The notes under the pieces are model-generated. The model had not been told where the DNA came from, made no database searches, and saw only the letters and a list, made by a program, of their open reading frames with translations. A program made the position numbers and the translations under genes. A stretch of DNA of 64,000 nt from contig NC_068981.1 of the NCBI RefSeq assembly GCF_001194135.2, positions 192,661,854 through 192,725,853 of the forward strand. The letters run 5' to 3'. Below are positions 12,130 through 24,700 of this stretch, in pieces; the first letter of the stretch is position 1; each line of letters begins with the position of its first letter. The DNA comes from Octopus bimaculoides (taxonomy: Eukaryota).

Positions 12130-12990
12130 CAGTAACCCTATAGAAGCTGCTTAGTAAGTGGGGTGGTTTTTGTTGAACACCCTGCAGGATGAAAAACAAA
12201 ACCTGTCAAAGGGAGGTTGGATGAACTCTCTCAAATCAATGGTTATCCAACAGCTGTAATGCCACCAGGAATTATGGACCCCTAGCTGTTGTCACAGTAT
12301 CCTTCTAGAAGAGAATCACTTGTAAAACCTGCAGTTTCATGTGATTCCTGATCATTCTGCTTTGATCTGTCTCTAGGTCTAATGACAGTCTGGAAGAGTG
12401 GTACTTGTGTTGTACAAGTGGTGATCACTATAATCCAATGATGTACAGATGTCTCTTTCTGATGGTCTCTTTTGTCATTCCATCTGCTGAAAGTGCTGTG
12501 GTGATGTATACAGACCTAACCAGAGACAAGGTTCAACTTTAAGTCCAAAGCATTGAAACCTTGACTGTGGAACTCGTTATTCCACAAAGTGACCTGACCA
12601 ATCAAGAGGAAGTTACAACTTTTGCCTGACGTCTATGTTTTGAAACATGCTTATCTGAAGTGGGACTGAACAGTCATCCGAGAGGTCATGGTTGGAAAGT
12701 CAGAAATTCCATTGACAAAGAGGAAGCACAAAAAGATGGCATCCATCTGTGAAGATGGAGCAAGCACCATATATACATACATGTGTGTGTATGTGTGTGC
12801 ACGTGTGCATGCGTGCATGTGTGTAAATTTTTAAGCCACATCTTGTCCAGTTTATCATAAGCTGTTGCTCTAGTGTGGTTGGTTCACACAAGAGAGAAGA
12901 GAATGCTGAGTTATACAAGAGTCTGGAACTGACTTTAAGAAATAAGGACAATTTCTGCCCTGTAACTAGTGACATAGGCACCAACATTAA
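12130..12990 (-). pseudogene. Highly decayed LINE (RTE-like endonuclease region?) remnant
   Basis: Only weak, frameshifted similarity by eye; interrupted by a (CA)n run. Confidence 0.25.
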
Positions 12991-13009
12991 AAGAGAATGT
13001 TGTTAATCA

Positions 13010-13710
13010 CCATCATCATCATCATCATTTAACGTCCGCTTTCCAAACTGGCATGGGTTGGACGGTTTCACTGAGGACTAGCAAGTCAGTAGGCTGCACC
13101 AGGCTCCAATCTGATCTGGCAAGGTTTCTACAGCTGGATGCCCTTCCTAATGCCAACCACTATGAGTGTAGNNNNNNNNNNCTACAGCTGGATGCCCTTC
13201 CTAATGCCAACCACTCCGAGAGTGTAGTGGGTGCTTTTTATGTGCCACTGGCATGGGAGCCAGTCAGGTGGCACTGGCATTGACCGCGCTCAGATGCTGC
13301 TTTTTATGTGCTACAGGCACAGGAGCCTGTCAGGGGGCATTGGCATTGACCACGTTTGGACAGTGCTTTTTACATGCTACCATCACGGGGAGCCAGTCAG
13401 GCGACACTTGCATCGACTCACACTTGAATGGTGCTTATTACGTGCCACCAGCATGGGTGCTAGTCAGGCAGCACTGGCATCGGCTACAACTACAATTTCC
13501 ATTTTGATTTTACTTGACTCAATAAGTCTTATCAAGTGCAGCGTACCGCCTGATGATTCAAGGGTACTTTTAAATGGGATAGTTACGAAACACTGGTATC
13601 AGCCATGGCTGTGATCTCACTTTACTTGCCAGCTCATTGGCCATGATTCGATTTCACTTGACTCAACAGGTCTTCTCAAGCATAGCTCAGCATAGCGTAT
13701 CGCCCAATGT
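13010..13710 (-). mobile_element. Long SINE family A copy with tandem internal units and 5' extension
   Basis: A-family core, ~4-5 gtgccac-ggcac units, and the gatttcacttgactcaacaggtcttctcaag extension. The 10-N gap at 13171 has duplicated flanks. Confidence 0.85.
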
Positions 13711-14329
13711 TTGAAATATAAGTGTCAAAATTTCATTAAGTCATTAACATTTATTTATTGCTGTTGGGAACACTGTATTTTGTTTTGCAACCATAATATA
13801 CTTGAATGTATATTAAAGCTTTATAAGTCAATACTGTGTCCTACTTTATGTTAGCAGTGTGTTGTTTTCATTTTTAAGCTTATCTCTACAGATTTTCAAT
13901 AGAATTTAGAGCCACCACTGAACGGTGCAACGACCTCACCGGCAATTAATATACATGTACCAGTTGCAAGGAGTGTATTGAATATGAAAATTAGTCTAAC
14001 CAATAGTGTTACACTGCTAAACTTAGTTAGTATTCAAGCAATATATTTGTGGATAGTTAATGGGTTGGATGTGGTACTGAAGAGGGAGCAATAGCTCCTG
14101 AAATATGTATATACACCCATTACCTATTTTTCTGCATTCAATTACATTGTGTACATAGACATATTCACATATGAAATGTTGTAACTTTCTGTGCTGCCTC
14201 TAAATTCAATAGAAAATTTGGAAATAACTTAAAAGTGATTAACATTTATATATCAGAATTTATATATCAGAAGACATTGGTCAATAATTGAGGATTATGG
14301 ACAATGTCTCCTCTAATTGTTTTGCAGTG

Positions 14330-14745
14330 GTTCATCATCATCATCATTTAATGTCTACTTTTCCATGGTTGCATGGGTTAGACGGAATTTGTTGAGGCAG
14401 ATTTTCTACAACTGGATGCTCTCCCTGTCTCCGACCTTCACCTGTTTCCCCAGCAATGTAGTATTTCCTCTTGGCTGGACATGCTTTTTTTTAACAAAGA
14501 CTGGAAAGAATAACATTGCTTGTATGATGATGATGCTCACTTACAACAACAACATGATGGCAAAATAATTGTACACACACACACACACACGATGGGCTTC
14601 TTTCAGTTTCCATCTACCAAATCCACTCATAATGCTTTGGTTGGCCGAGAACAATAGGAGAAGACAGATGCAGTGGAACTGAACCAATGGAGCACATGGC
14701 TGGAGAGCAAACTCCTTAACCACCCAACTATGCCTGTGAGAAACA
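14330..14745 (-). mobile_element. SINE with B head and tail 2
   Basis: B head (14580-14745) joined through (CA)n to a tail ending in the A-type ccatg..ttaaatgatgatg terminus. Confidence 0.7.
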
Positions 14746-14789
14746 TTTGCAAAGTGTGTAAATTTTGTCTTCTTTGCAAAGCATGTATC

Positions 14790-14930
14790 CAGCTTGCTTC
14801 CCGACCACACAGTTCTGGGTTCAGTCCCACTGCGTGGCACCTTGGGCAAATGTCTTCTACTATAGCTTCAGGCCGACCAAAGCCTTGTGAGTGGATTTGG
14901 TTGAGGGAAACTGAAAGAAGCCTGTTGTAT
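14790..14930 (+). mobile_element. SINE family B head, inverted relative to 14580-14745
   Basis: gcttgcttcccgaccacacagttctgggttcagtcccactgcgtggcaccttgggcaa...gaaactgaaagaagcc. Confidence 0.85.
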
Positions 14931-15254
14931 ATTAAAGGTAGAATGAGGTATTTTTGCCTCTAGGCTGAAACAGCTGTAAGATATTATCCCAATTTCTAAT
15001 GCTATATGCTATATATTTTAATAATTACTGATATTTTATATTTTATATATTATATATGTAAGGCATAATATGTCATACATGTATGCATATTGTTATAATT
15101 GTCCCTTAGGTAAATAAATAAATTGACATAATATAATGTCTATAAGTTGATGAATATCACNNNNNNNNNNNNNNNNNNNNNNNNNNNNNNNNNNNNNNNN
15201 NNNNNNNNNNNNNNNNATATATATATATATATAAATATATATATATATGTATGT

Positions 15255-15478
15255 ATGTATATGTTTGTGTGTCTGTGTTTGTCCCTCCACCGTCGCTTGA
15301 CAACCAATGCTGGTGTGTTTACGTCTCCGTAACTTAGCAGTTCAGCAAAAGAGACCGATAGAATAAGTACTAGGCTTACAAAGAATAAGTCCTGGGTCTG
15401 ATTTGCTTGACTAAAGGTGGTGCTCCAGCATGGCCACAGTCAAGTGACTGAAACAAGTAAAGGAATAGAAGAATAAAA
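15255..15478 (+). mobile_element. SINE family B tail 1
   Basis: cgcttgacaaccaatgctggtgtgtttacg...gctccagcatggccacagtcaagtgactgaaacaagtaaa. Confidence 0.85.
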
Positions 15479-15817
15479 GAATATTGGAGAGTGTAGTTTG
15501 TGGTAACGTTTTTTTTTCCAAAAAAATAAATGGAATAGGCACTGCTAGAATGCCTCTGACCATAGTTCTGCTTGATGAGGATTGACCTAGGGCTAAACAA
15601 TAACAACAACAAGCAATATTTATTTGGCTGCCTCTGTAACAACTGACTGAGAACATTCTCCACCCCCACTTCCAACTCTCAGACATCGATGAAAATGAGT
15701 TAAACATAGAATAATGTTTGGCAACATTTCCAGCAATATTTAGCTACACAACTCCTAACTGTGGAACAAATGTATGTATGTATGTATGTATATGAGTATA
15801 TATATGCATGTATATGA

Positions 15818-15848
<31 letters not shown>

Positions 15849-16131
15849 CTAAATATGACTTGGGTGTTAGAAACACCTACATTGCTGGAAATAAGAGCTA
15901 AAATGCTCTAATGCTGTAGTCGAAGCACATAATTGTATACATACATACTAAGACCATAATTGCCTGACAACACCAATCTTCATCAGTGTTTTTGGGTGAT
16001 TATAGTCCAAAGAATAAGTCCAAAGAAGGGAGAAGGAAAATCGGCAGAGCCCACGTGTAGTTACATTTCTGTAAATATATATATATGTATGCATGTATAC
16101 ATATATATATATACATACACATATATGTGTG

Positions 16132-16162
<31 letters not shown>

Positions 16163-16165
16163 ATA

Positions 16166-16196
<31 letters not shown>

Positions 16197-17255
16197 CTAT
16201 ATATGTATATATATATACATGTATATATATATATANNNNNNNNNNNNNNNNNNNNNNNNNNNNNNNNNNNNNNNNNNNNNNNNNNNNNNNNNNNNNNNNN
16301 NNNNNNNNNNNNNNNNNNNNNNNNNNNNNNNNNNNNNNNNNNNNNNNNNNNNNNNNNNNNNNNNNNNNNNNNNNNNNNNNNNNNNNNNNNNNNNNNNNNN
16401 NNNNNNNNNNNNNNNNNNNNNNNNNNNNNNNNNNNNNNNNNNNNNNNNNNNNNNNNNNNNNNNNNNNNNNNNNNNNNNNNNNNNNNNNNNNNNNNNNNNN
16501 NNNNNNNNNNNNNNNNNNNNNNNNNNNNNNNNNNNNNNNNNNNNNNNNNNNNNNNNNNNNNNNNNNNNNNNNNNNNNNNNNNNNNNNNNNNNNNNNNNNN
16601 NNNNNNNNNNNNNNNNNNNNNNNNNNNNNNNNNNNNNNNNNNNNNNNNNNNNNNNNNNNNNNNNNNNNNNNNNNNNNNNNNNNNNNNNNNNNNNNNNNNN
16701 NNNNNNNNNNNNNNNNNNNNNNNNNNNNNNNNNNNNNNNNNNNNNNNNNNNNNNNNNNNNNNNNNNNNNNNNNNNNNNNNNNNNNNNNNNNNNNNNNNNN
16801 NNNNNNNNNNNNNNNNNNNNNNNNNNNNNNNNNNNNNNNNNNNNNNNNNNNNNNNNNNNNNNNNNNNNNNNNNNNNNNNNNNNNNNNNNNNNNNNNNNNN
16901 NNNNNNNNNNNNNNNNNNNNNNNNNNNNNNNNNNNNNNNNNNNNNNNNNNNNNNNNNNNNNNNNNNNNNNNNNNNNNNNNNNNNNNNNNNNNNNNNNNNN
17001 NNNNNNNNNNNNNNNNNNNNNNNTTATTTCTTCTTTTATAGAAAAATAAAAATAAGTGGAAATTTTACCGGTGAGTGTGTTAAATTATGAGGCACCAAAA
17101 GAAAATGACTCTCCCCAGACAACAGAATATGTTTCAAGACACGAACTCACATAAAGAATCTTGCAAACCAAATCCAAAAATGAAATGTATATATATAGAC
17201 ACACACACACACACACATACACACACAAACATACACACACACACACACATACACA

Positions 17256-17287
<32 letters not shown>

Positions 17288-17545
17288 TACATATATTACG
17301 GAGATGAACTTGCATAGCAAGTGACCTGATCTGAGATCGTGTGCTGAAACAAAAAAATCAATTGCAACATTAAAATTTAATTTGCCCAAATATTTTTGTC
17401 GCTTTGAGACCGTGACCTGATAACTGACAAAAGTCCATGCTGCATCATGTATATGAATACTAATACTTAGATTAGGCAACAGTTTAGCAATGTAATACTA
17501 AAAAGGAAAATTATAATAGTCATTAATAATGATAGAGGGTGTTAG

Positions 17546-17602
<57 letters not shown>

Positions 17603-17904
17603 TGTATTTCTATGTTTATTATAGTTTATTGTATCAAGAGTTGGGAGTCTACTCTGAGTTTTACACTAAATAGGGCTGTTCATGTCTGTGTAGGAGGACA
17701 AATTGTTTACAATTTATATAAGGGAGTGTTGATCTTGGAAGGGTGTGTGTGTAGATTGTTGCAAACAGGCCAGTCTTGATGTTAACTGTTGATTTAATTA
17801 ACATATCTATTCACTCCACCCAGCATACTGAGTTCAGATAATGTTTTAACTATGTAAAATATATTCTTAATATATTTTACAACTCTGAAGCAGTGAGCTA
17901 ACGG

Positions 17905-18097
17905 AATCATTAGCACGCTGCACAAAATGGTTAATGGCATTTTGTCCAACTTTATATGCTGAGTGCAAATTCCGCTGGAGTCGACTTTGCCTTTCATCCT
18001 TTTGGGGAGCCAACAAAATAAGTACCAGTTGAACAGTAAGGTCAATGTAATTGACTTACTCCTCTCCCAGGATTACTGACCTTGTGCCAAAATTTGA
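17905..18097 (+). mobile_element. SINE family E
   Basis: ggaatcattagcacgc...gtcgactttgcctttcatcc...aagtaccagtt...gtgccaaaatttgaaa. Confidence 0.75.
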
Positions 18098-18125
18098 AAT
18101 CAATATATTTTACCACTCTTACATT

Positions 18126-18167
<42 letters not shown>

Positions 18168-18175
18168 CAAAATAT

Positions 18176-18558
18176 GGAGGTGGTAAGTAGCTTGCTTACC
18201 AACCACATGGGTCCAGGTTCAATTCCACTGCGTGGCACCTTGGGCAAGTGTCTTCTACTATAGCCTTGGGCTGACCAAAGCCTTGTGAGTGGATTTGGTA
18301 GACGGAAACTGAAAGAAGCCCATCGTATATATGTATGTACATATATGTATGTGTGTGTATATGTTTGTGTGTTTGTGTTTGTCCCCCTAACATCGCTGGT
18401 GTGTTTACAGCCCGTAACCTAGCAGTTCGGCAAAAGAGACTGATAGAATAAGTACTAGATTTACAAAGAATAAGTTCTGGGATTGATTTGCTTGACTAAA
18501 GGCAGTGCTCCAGCATGGCCACAGTCAAATGACTGAAACAAGTAAAAGAGTAAAAGAG
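18176..18558 (+). mobile_element. Full-length SINE family B
   Basis: Head, (TA/GT)n linker, tail 1 and (GTAAAAGA)n end. Confidence 0.9.
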
Positions 18559-18595
18559 AGTATGTGAAGAAAGCGTATAGAATGGAGTTTTATTT

Positions 18596-19035
18596 AAAAT
18601 TTGATATAGGCACCAGCATTTGTCACCAGCTTCTCAAGTCACCCGGGGAACTGCATCAACTGATTTCATCAGGAACAGTTATGGGATGGAAGACATAACT
18701 TTTTGTATTAACCATTCAAGTTCTTCTAAAGTTGTTGGTTTAATAGAGTTGACTTGCTCCTTTAACCAACCCCAAAGAAAAAAGTTGCAGGATGTTAAAT
18801 CAGGGCTTCTGGCCAGCCAATCATGTGGACATCGACGACCCTTCCATCTTCCAGGGAAGTGGGCATTCAGCCATTCATGAACAACAATAGCAAAATGTGG
18901 AAGTGCGCCATCTTGCATAAAAATCAAATCTTTAATATTCTCCCAAGTACTGATAACTGGTCAGATTTCATTTTGCAGCATGGTGAGGTATCGTTCAGCA
19001 TTCATGGTATTGCAAAGGATGAAAGGACCCACAAT
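18596..19035 (-). pseudogene. Tc1/mariner transposase 3' fragment (maT/rosa-like)
   Basis: GPFILCNTMNAERYLTMLQNEI*...IFMQDGALPHFA...FPGRWKGRR..DWLARSPDLTSCNFFLWGWLKEQV, a degenerate QDGAPPH / WPPRSPDLTPCDFFLWG motif set. Confidence 0.85.
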
Positions 19036-19124
19036 CCTGTCCAAGGTCATTCCACACCATACCGTTACCTTGGACCGATTCTGCATTTTATCAGAGGTAA
19101 TACGAGGATCTTCTCCTGTCCAGT

Positions 19125-19270
19125 AGTGGCACAATGTTTGCCAGCTGAGTGGACTGGAGCCACGTGAAATAAAGTGTCTTGCTCAAGGACACAATGTGTC
19201 ACTGGGAATTGAACTCGCAACTTGGTGATTATGAGCCAAATGCTCTAACCACTAAACAACATGCCTTCAC
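19125..19270 (-). mobile_element. SINE family C head
   Basis: cagctgagtggactggagc..tgaaataaagtgtcttgctcaaggacacaa...gaattgaactc...ccttcac. Confidence 0.8.
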
Positions 19271-19304
19271 TATACATACACACACACATCAATATTAATA
19301 TATA

Positions 19305-19465
19305 CAGGGTGGCCCAAAAGTAGGTTTACAGTTATCACATAAGCTCTAGAAATTTCTTTCAAAACATTTTATTACATTTAAATTTCTATTTTACAATCAT
19401 ATTGTTTATGCACATCTTAAATAGACTATGTTTAATCTCTCAGATGCTCAAAATGTCCTCCTACA
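19305..19465 (-). mobile_element. 3' end of a Tc1/mariner element (TIR plus last codons)
   Basis: TA|CAGGGTGGCCCAAAAGTAGGTTTACAG terminus; the minus strand encodes GGHFEHL, a typical transposase C-terminus. Confidence 0.6.
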
Positions 19466-19479
19466 TGCATACATACATA

Positions 19480-20120
19480 GATGCATGCATATATATATGT
19501 GTGCTTGCATGTACGTATGTTTATATATGTGCATGCATGTACATATGTATGTATGTTTTTATGTATGTACGTATACTTGTATGTACGTACATGTTTGTGT
19601 GCTTATGTAGTGTATGTCTGTCTGTTTGGATGTATCCCTGTTTGTCTGTATGTAGTATGTATGTATGCATGCATATATATGTATGTATGTATGTATGTAT
19701 GCGTATATGCATGTATGCATGCATATATGTAATATCATGTATGTATGTATGCAATTCCACCTCTTTCTGTCTCTGTAAGTGAGAGAGATGTGCAAGAATG
19801 TGTACATGTTCATTAGTCTTCATTTGTATGTGTGTGTGTATGTGTGTGTGAATGTACATATATATGTGCATGAGTGGGCAGGTGTTTTCGCATAATTATG
19901 TGAACATGTGCATCAGTTTTGTTGTTTGTGCATATGTGTCAAACAAAGGAAATGCACACACCACACACTCACATACAGAGAGAGAGAAAGAGAGAGAGTG
20001 AGAGAGAGAGAGAGAGAGAGAGATAGAGAGACAGAGAGAGAGAGAGAGATAGAGAGACAGAGAGGGAGAGAAAGAGGGAGAAAGAAAGAAGGGGTGATAA
20101 AGAGAAGAGTAGAGATAGAG
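19480..20120. repeat. Compound degenerate (TATG)n, (TG)n and (GA)n microsatellites
   Basis: Directly visible; the source of several spurious ORFs. Confidence 0.9.
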
Positions 20121-21039
20121 AGAACGATAATGCCAGAACACTATCTTCTACCGCAACTAAACAGTCTAAATAAATAACTAAATAAAATAAGAGGTTCCTT
20201 CTCATAGAAAATAGCTTGTTAGTAGGGAAGGTAGCCATGTGATCTGTTGCTACCTGCCAGTTTATCTAAATATTTCTCTTGTGTCTTGAAGACTGCAGCT
20301 TTGCAGTTCATCTGCGACAAAATTCATATCCAATTACCTTTACTGCAATATATGGCCACCAAGATATCTGATATGGGTTTAGCTTTTTTCTTGAGAGAGA
20401 AGTCTTAAGACATTACTTCACAACCAGTTTTGCTGAGTCAGAGATAATTTGAAAGTCTGATAAAAACATGATCATGATAACTTTGCATTCTCCATGGAAA
20501 ATACTTGCATTCATTTTCTGTCGTAAAGTTCTTAAAAAAAATTCTCATGTTGTGAAATAACTGTGCATGCATGCTGCTCGGTCACAGTCTAATGATTAAA
20601 GCATGTAAAAGTATAGATGGGATATTTGTGTACAGGAAGTATGTCGTAAGTGTCTGGGTGCTCACGTGTCTTTTAGGAGGAGAAAAAAATTCCTAAGACA
20701 GTTAAAGTCTTAAGCATTGTTGCATGAGGAAAAAGCGCAATGAAAGGAATTTTTTGTTAGGGACGGGGAAGAGTCTATCATCACAGACAGTTAAAGAAAA
20801 GAAATAGGGTTTATGACATTGCTAAAGGATTTTTACTTAGTGACTGATTCTTCTTAAATGTGAAGTGTGGTCTTGTTAGAGATGTCAAGATTGTTTTAAA
20901 AAACTTACCTAGCAATATCATGTTATAATTTAACCCTTTAGGGTTCAGATTTCTTTTGTCAAAGGTAATATTTATTTATACATAATATTTTGAATTAATC
21001 ATGCATTATCTTGTAGCTTCAAGATTTCAGCGGTGTACT

Positions 21040-21255
21040 CTTTTACACATTTCAGTCATTTGACTGCAGCCATGCTGGAGCACCACCTTTAGTCGAAGAA
21101 ATCGACTCCATGACTTATTCTTTGTAAGCCTAGTGCTTATTCTATCAGTCACTTTTGCTGAACCGCTAAGTTTCGGGGACGTAAATATACCAACATCAGT
21201 TGTCAAACGGTGGTGGGGTGGGGGGACAAACACATACACACACATAAATATATAT

Positions 21256-21310
<55 letters not shown>

Positions 21311-21436
21311 AATTTTGTTTAACCCCTATATATATATACACACACACAATGGGCTCCTTTGGTCTGTCTGAGGATATAATAGGGATTGAACCTGGAAGCA
21401 TGTAGTTGGGAAGCAAGCTTCTTACCACATAGCCAT
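21040..21436 (-). mobile_element. Full-length SINE family B, adjoining a truncated piggyBac-type MITE end (20931-21030)
   Basis: Reverse complement of the B consensus; the left flank begins TTAACCCTTTAGGGTTCAGA, like the MITE at 61912. Confidence 0.85.
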
Positions 21437-21625
21437 GAAAAAAGAGTTCTTCCAAGACTTCATTTCTTTCAAAATTCCTCTCCATCACTCCCACAAAATA
21501 AAATAGAACATCTTCAAATTTGTTATTAAATATTAATGTCTTCTACCTTACTCAATAATAACATGTCAGAAAACTTTACCAAACGAATAATTATTTTATT
21601 AATTATGTTCTGGATTGTTGTTTAA

Positions 21626-21846
21626 TCCTTTCATTACTGTATTTATTTTGAGAGGCTCTGTGTTTCTTTCAATTACTTTAAATATAACAAAGAATTTATT
21701 AAAATAACTCAAGTTATCATTAAGCTAGTGTTAGGAACATAAATTGTGACTAAGGTTTGAAGGAAGATTTTAATTCAAAACTTATGAAAACAAAACATTT
21801 CTACTCAGAACTACAACCAGTTTCAGCCGGGTTGGTAACGATGGGG
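21626..21846. mobile_element. piggyBac-type MITE
   Basis: TTAA flanks (21622-25 and 21847-50) with degenerate TIRs tcctttcattac / gtaacgatgggg. Confidence 0.7.
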
Positions 21847-22249
21847 TTAAACAAAATTTCTTGAGATAGCAGTATTTGTGAGAACAACAAGATAGAGACA
21901 AGTCATAAACTGTTTGACATGTCTTGAATTTAGATGAGACTTCATTTTTGTTTCAATAACTTCAAACAGAGAACTTTAAGCAGACATTCGATTAGTGATG
22001 TAACTTGAGGTTGACAAAAGGCAATGACCTGTTCTCTGTGTAAATGTGTTGATGGAAAACACCTCTAGTGCACAAAACTATTTCTCTTCTTACTTTACAG
22101 TCACAGCTGACACATCATGCCTTAATTTAATCACTGGCAAACTGGTTTATATTGCAAACATTCTTATTTAGATGCCAAGTAAATACTTCCAGCCTTCAGT
22201 CTCAACTTAGAACTGATAATAATGTTGTTTTGCACTTACTTTTTAAGTA

Positions 22250-22350
22250 AGGTACTTATTTTATCGGTTTCTTTTGCTGAACCGCTAAGTTACAGGGATG
22301 TAAACACACCAACACTGGTTGTCAAGTGGTGATGAGGGACAAACACACAT

Positions 22351-22388
<38 letters not shown>

Positions 22389-22520
22389 ATTTACCAAATC
22401 CATCCAGAAGGCTTTGGTTAGCCTGAGACTATAGCAGAAAACACTTCTTTAAGATGCCATGCAGTAGGACTGAACTTGGAACCATGTGGTTTGGAAGCAA
22501 GCTTCTTACCACACAGCCGC
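22250..22520 (-). mobile_element. SINE family B
   Basis: tttgctgaaccgctaagttacagggatgtaaacacacc...ggaaccatgtggtttggaagcaagcttcttaccacacagcc. Confidence 0.8.
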
Positions 22521-23284
22521 ATTATAGGATTAATAATTAATTTAATTAAAAAAACAAAAACTTCTGTTGTATCTTGGGAGGGCCATTACACCTATGATAG
22601 TCACACACACTGGCTCTGTTTCACTTCTTTATAATTTGTTAATTGGTAGACTATTTAACCAATTAACTAATTGATTATTTGATTAATCATTTGGTTGCTC
22701 AATCAATCAGTTACGTTTAGCAAAGTCCTTTTGTCACCATTCATAACCTCTTCAATGACACACTCTCAAATCCAGGTCAGTTTCAGGCCCTCCAGTTCAT
22801 CATCACCACCACCACCACCACCATCATCACCACCATCATTATCGTTGTTGTCACTGCCGTCGCCGTCGCCACCACCACCACCACCACCACCACCACNNNN
22901 NNNNNNNNNNNNNNNNNNNNNNNNNNNNNNNNNNNNNNNNNTCATCATCATCATCATCATCAAGAAAGGTAAAAAAAAAAAAGAAAGTCTGTTACAACAT
23001 ATGAGTTTACATCAAGAATTTTGCATGACCAAAATACAAAAAACCAAAACTGATTAAAGCTCATTCTTGTAAAGAGAATGGAAATTATTCTTGAAATTCT
23101 TGATTTAAATTTGAATTTGCAAACTCATATTTTTACATTAGAGTGGCCAGCTTCCATTTTCTCCACACACACATTACACACAAACACATTACACACACAC
23201 ACATTACACACACACACATTACACACACAAACACACAAACACACACACAAACACACACATTAACACACACACACACACACTCAC

Positions 23285-23375
23285 CCAGACACGCAGCAGA
23301 CTTCATGCCAACTGGAGCGTTAACAATTCTACCAAGCAATGAAGTAGAAATTCTTTTAACACACTTGTAGAATAT
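23285..23375 (-). CDS. Candidate internal exon (91 nt)
   Basis: Acceptor aaccttccag and donor GG|GTGAGT; only phase 0 is open: IFYKCVKRISTSLLGRIVNAPVGMKSAACL. It ends in phase 1, compatible with 9070-9136. A competing + strand micro-exon overlaps it. Confidence 0.2.
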
Positions 23376-23868
23376 CTGGAAGGTTACCATAAATTCTGAA
23401 GGTGAGTTGACCACAAATCACCTGTTGCTGCTGCCGCTGCCGCTGCTGCTGCTATTAGTGCTGCTGCTACAGCTTCTGCCATCACCATTGTGCTGGAGAA
23501 ATGGTACAAAGAACCACACACACACACACACATATACTTATATATATGGACATGGCTGTGTAGTTAGGAAGCTTGCTTCCCAGCTACATGGTTGCGGGTT
23601 CAGTCTCACCGCGTGACACCTTGGGCAAGTGTCTTCTGCTATAACACTGGGCTGACCGAAGCTTTGCGATTGAATTTGGTAGGCGGAAGTTACTGCCGTG
23701 TGTGTATATGTCTGTGTATGTGCTTGTGCCTCTCCGAGACAGAGAGAGAGGGATATATATNNNNNNNNNNNNATGTATATGTTTGTATGTATGTATGTAT
23801 GTATATATGTTTGTATGTATGTATGTATGTATATATGTATGTGCTAATTATAATACATCCCTCTAAGC

Positions 23869-23906
<38 letters not shown>

Positions 23907-24477
23907 GTTCAAAGTGATACTTTCAAATTAAGGACAGTTTAAAGAAAATATTGTTGACACTATAAACAGAGTGTGCAGAGAAAATGTGAATAAAGTTTGA
24001 GTATGAGATATAAACAAAAAATATATAGACAGATGTAAATGGAATCTTGAATGAAAAACATTGACTTCCTCCAAATTTTTTTTAAAAAAAGGGAAAATAT
24101 GATTCAGATATGTAAAAGAAGGTTGAAAATATTTTTATAAAATTGAAGTGAGCTGTAGGAAGTATATAGGTTATTAATGTTGAGAGAGATTCTTACTGGA
24201 TCAAATAATAAATCATAGATATTGGATTAAAAGTGAAGCAGAATCAATTAATTTAAATTTATAAATATGATTAAGAAGATTAAGCTAAAAACATAATGAG
24301 GTCAAATTAAGTTATTTTAATCTACAAAGGGATACATAGTAGAAGATAAGAGTATATTTAATTCACACACATATATATATATAGATGTGAATAAATACAC
24401 ACACACACACACACACAAGACTTTACTCCTTAACGATGCCAATTTGTCGTTAGCTACTCATTTACAGCTGAGTAAAT

Positions 24478-24700
24478 AAATTGGTTAGAAAATATTCTTT
24501 TCTACTCTAGGTGCAAGGCCCGAAATTTTTGGGGAGGGGGCCAGTCAATTAGATTGATCCCAGTACATAACTGGGTACTTAATTTATCGACGCCGAAAGG
24601 ATGAAAGGAAGTCGACCTCAACAGAATTTGAACTCAGAACATAATGGCAGATGAAATACCACTAAGCATTTCACCCGGCATGCTAATGTTTCTGCCAAAT
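24478..24700 (-). mobile_element. SINE family E
   Basis: tttctactctaggtgcaaggcccgaaattttt...cgaaaggatgaaagg...gaatttgaactcag...ctgccaa. Confidence 0.85.

Noticed and set aside
13131-13215. Direct duplication of ctacagctggatgcccttcctaatgccaaccact
   Set aside because: It flanks a 10-N gap and is most likely a contig-overlap artefact.
13940-14097. Minus-strand exon with good acceptor and GTGAGG donor
   Set aside because: All three frames contain stops; rescuing it needs an unusual internal acceptor or UGA readthrough, for which there is no evidence.
17042-17070. KNKNKWKFY, similar to the TFIIA large-subunit motif
   Set aside because: Only 9 residues; the flanking TFIIA sequence is absent.
15960-17090. 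Long ORFs in the supplied track spanning N runs or (TA)/(CA)/(CT) repeats (also 3309-3998, 8446-9249, 30035-30685, 32967-34122, 50265-51095)
   Set aside because: Artefacts of gaps and microsatellite translation.
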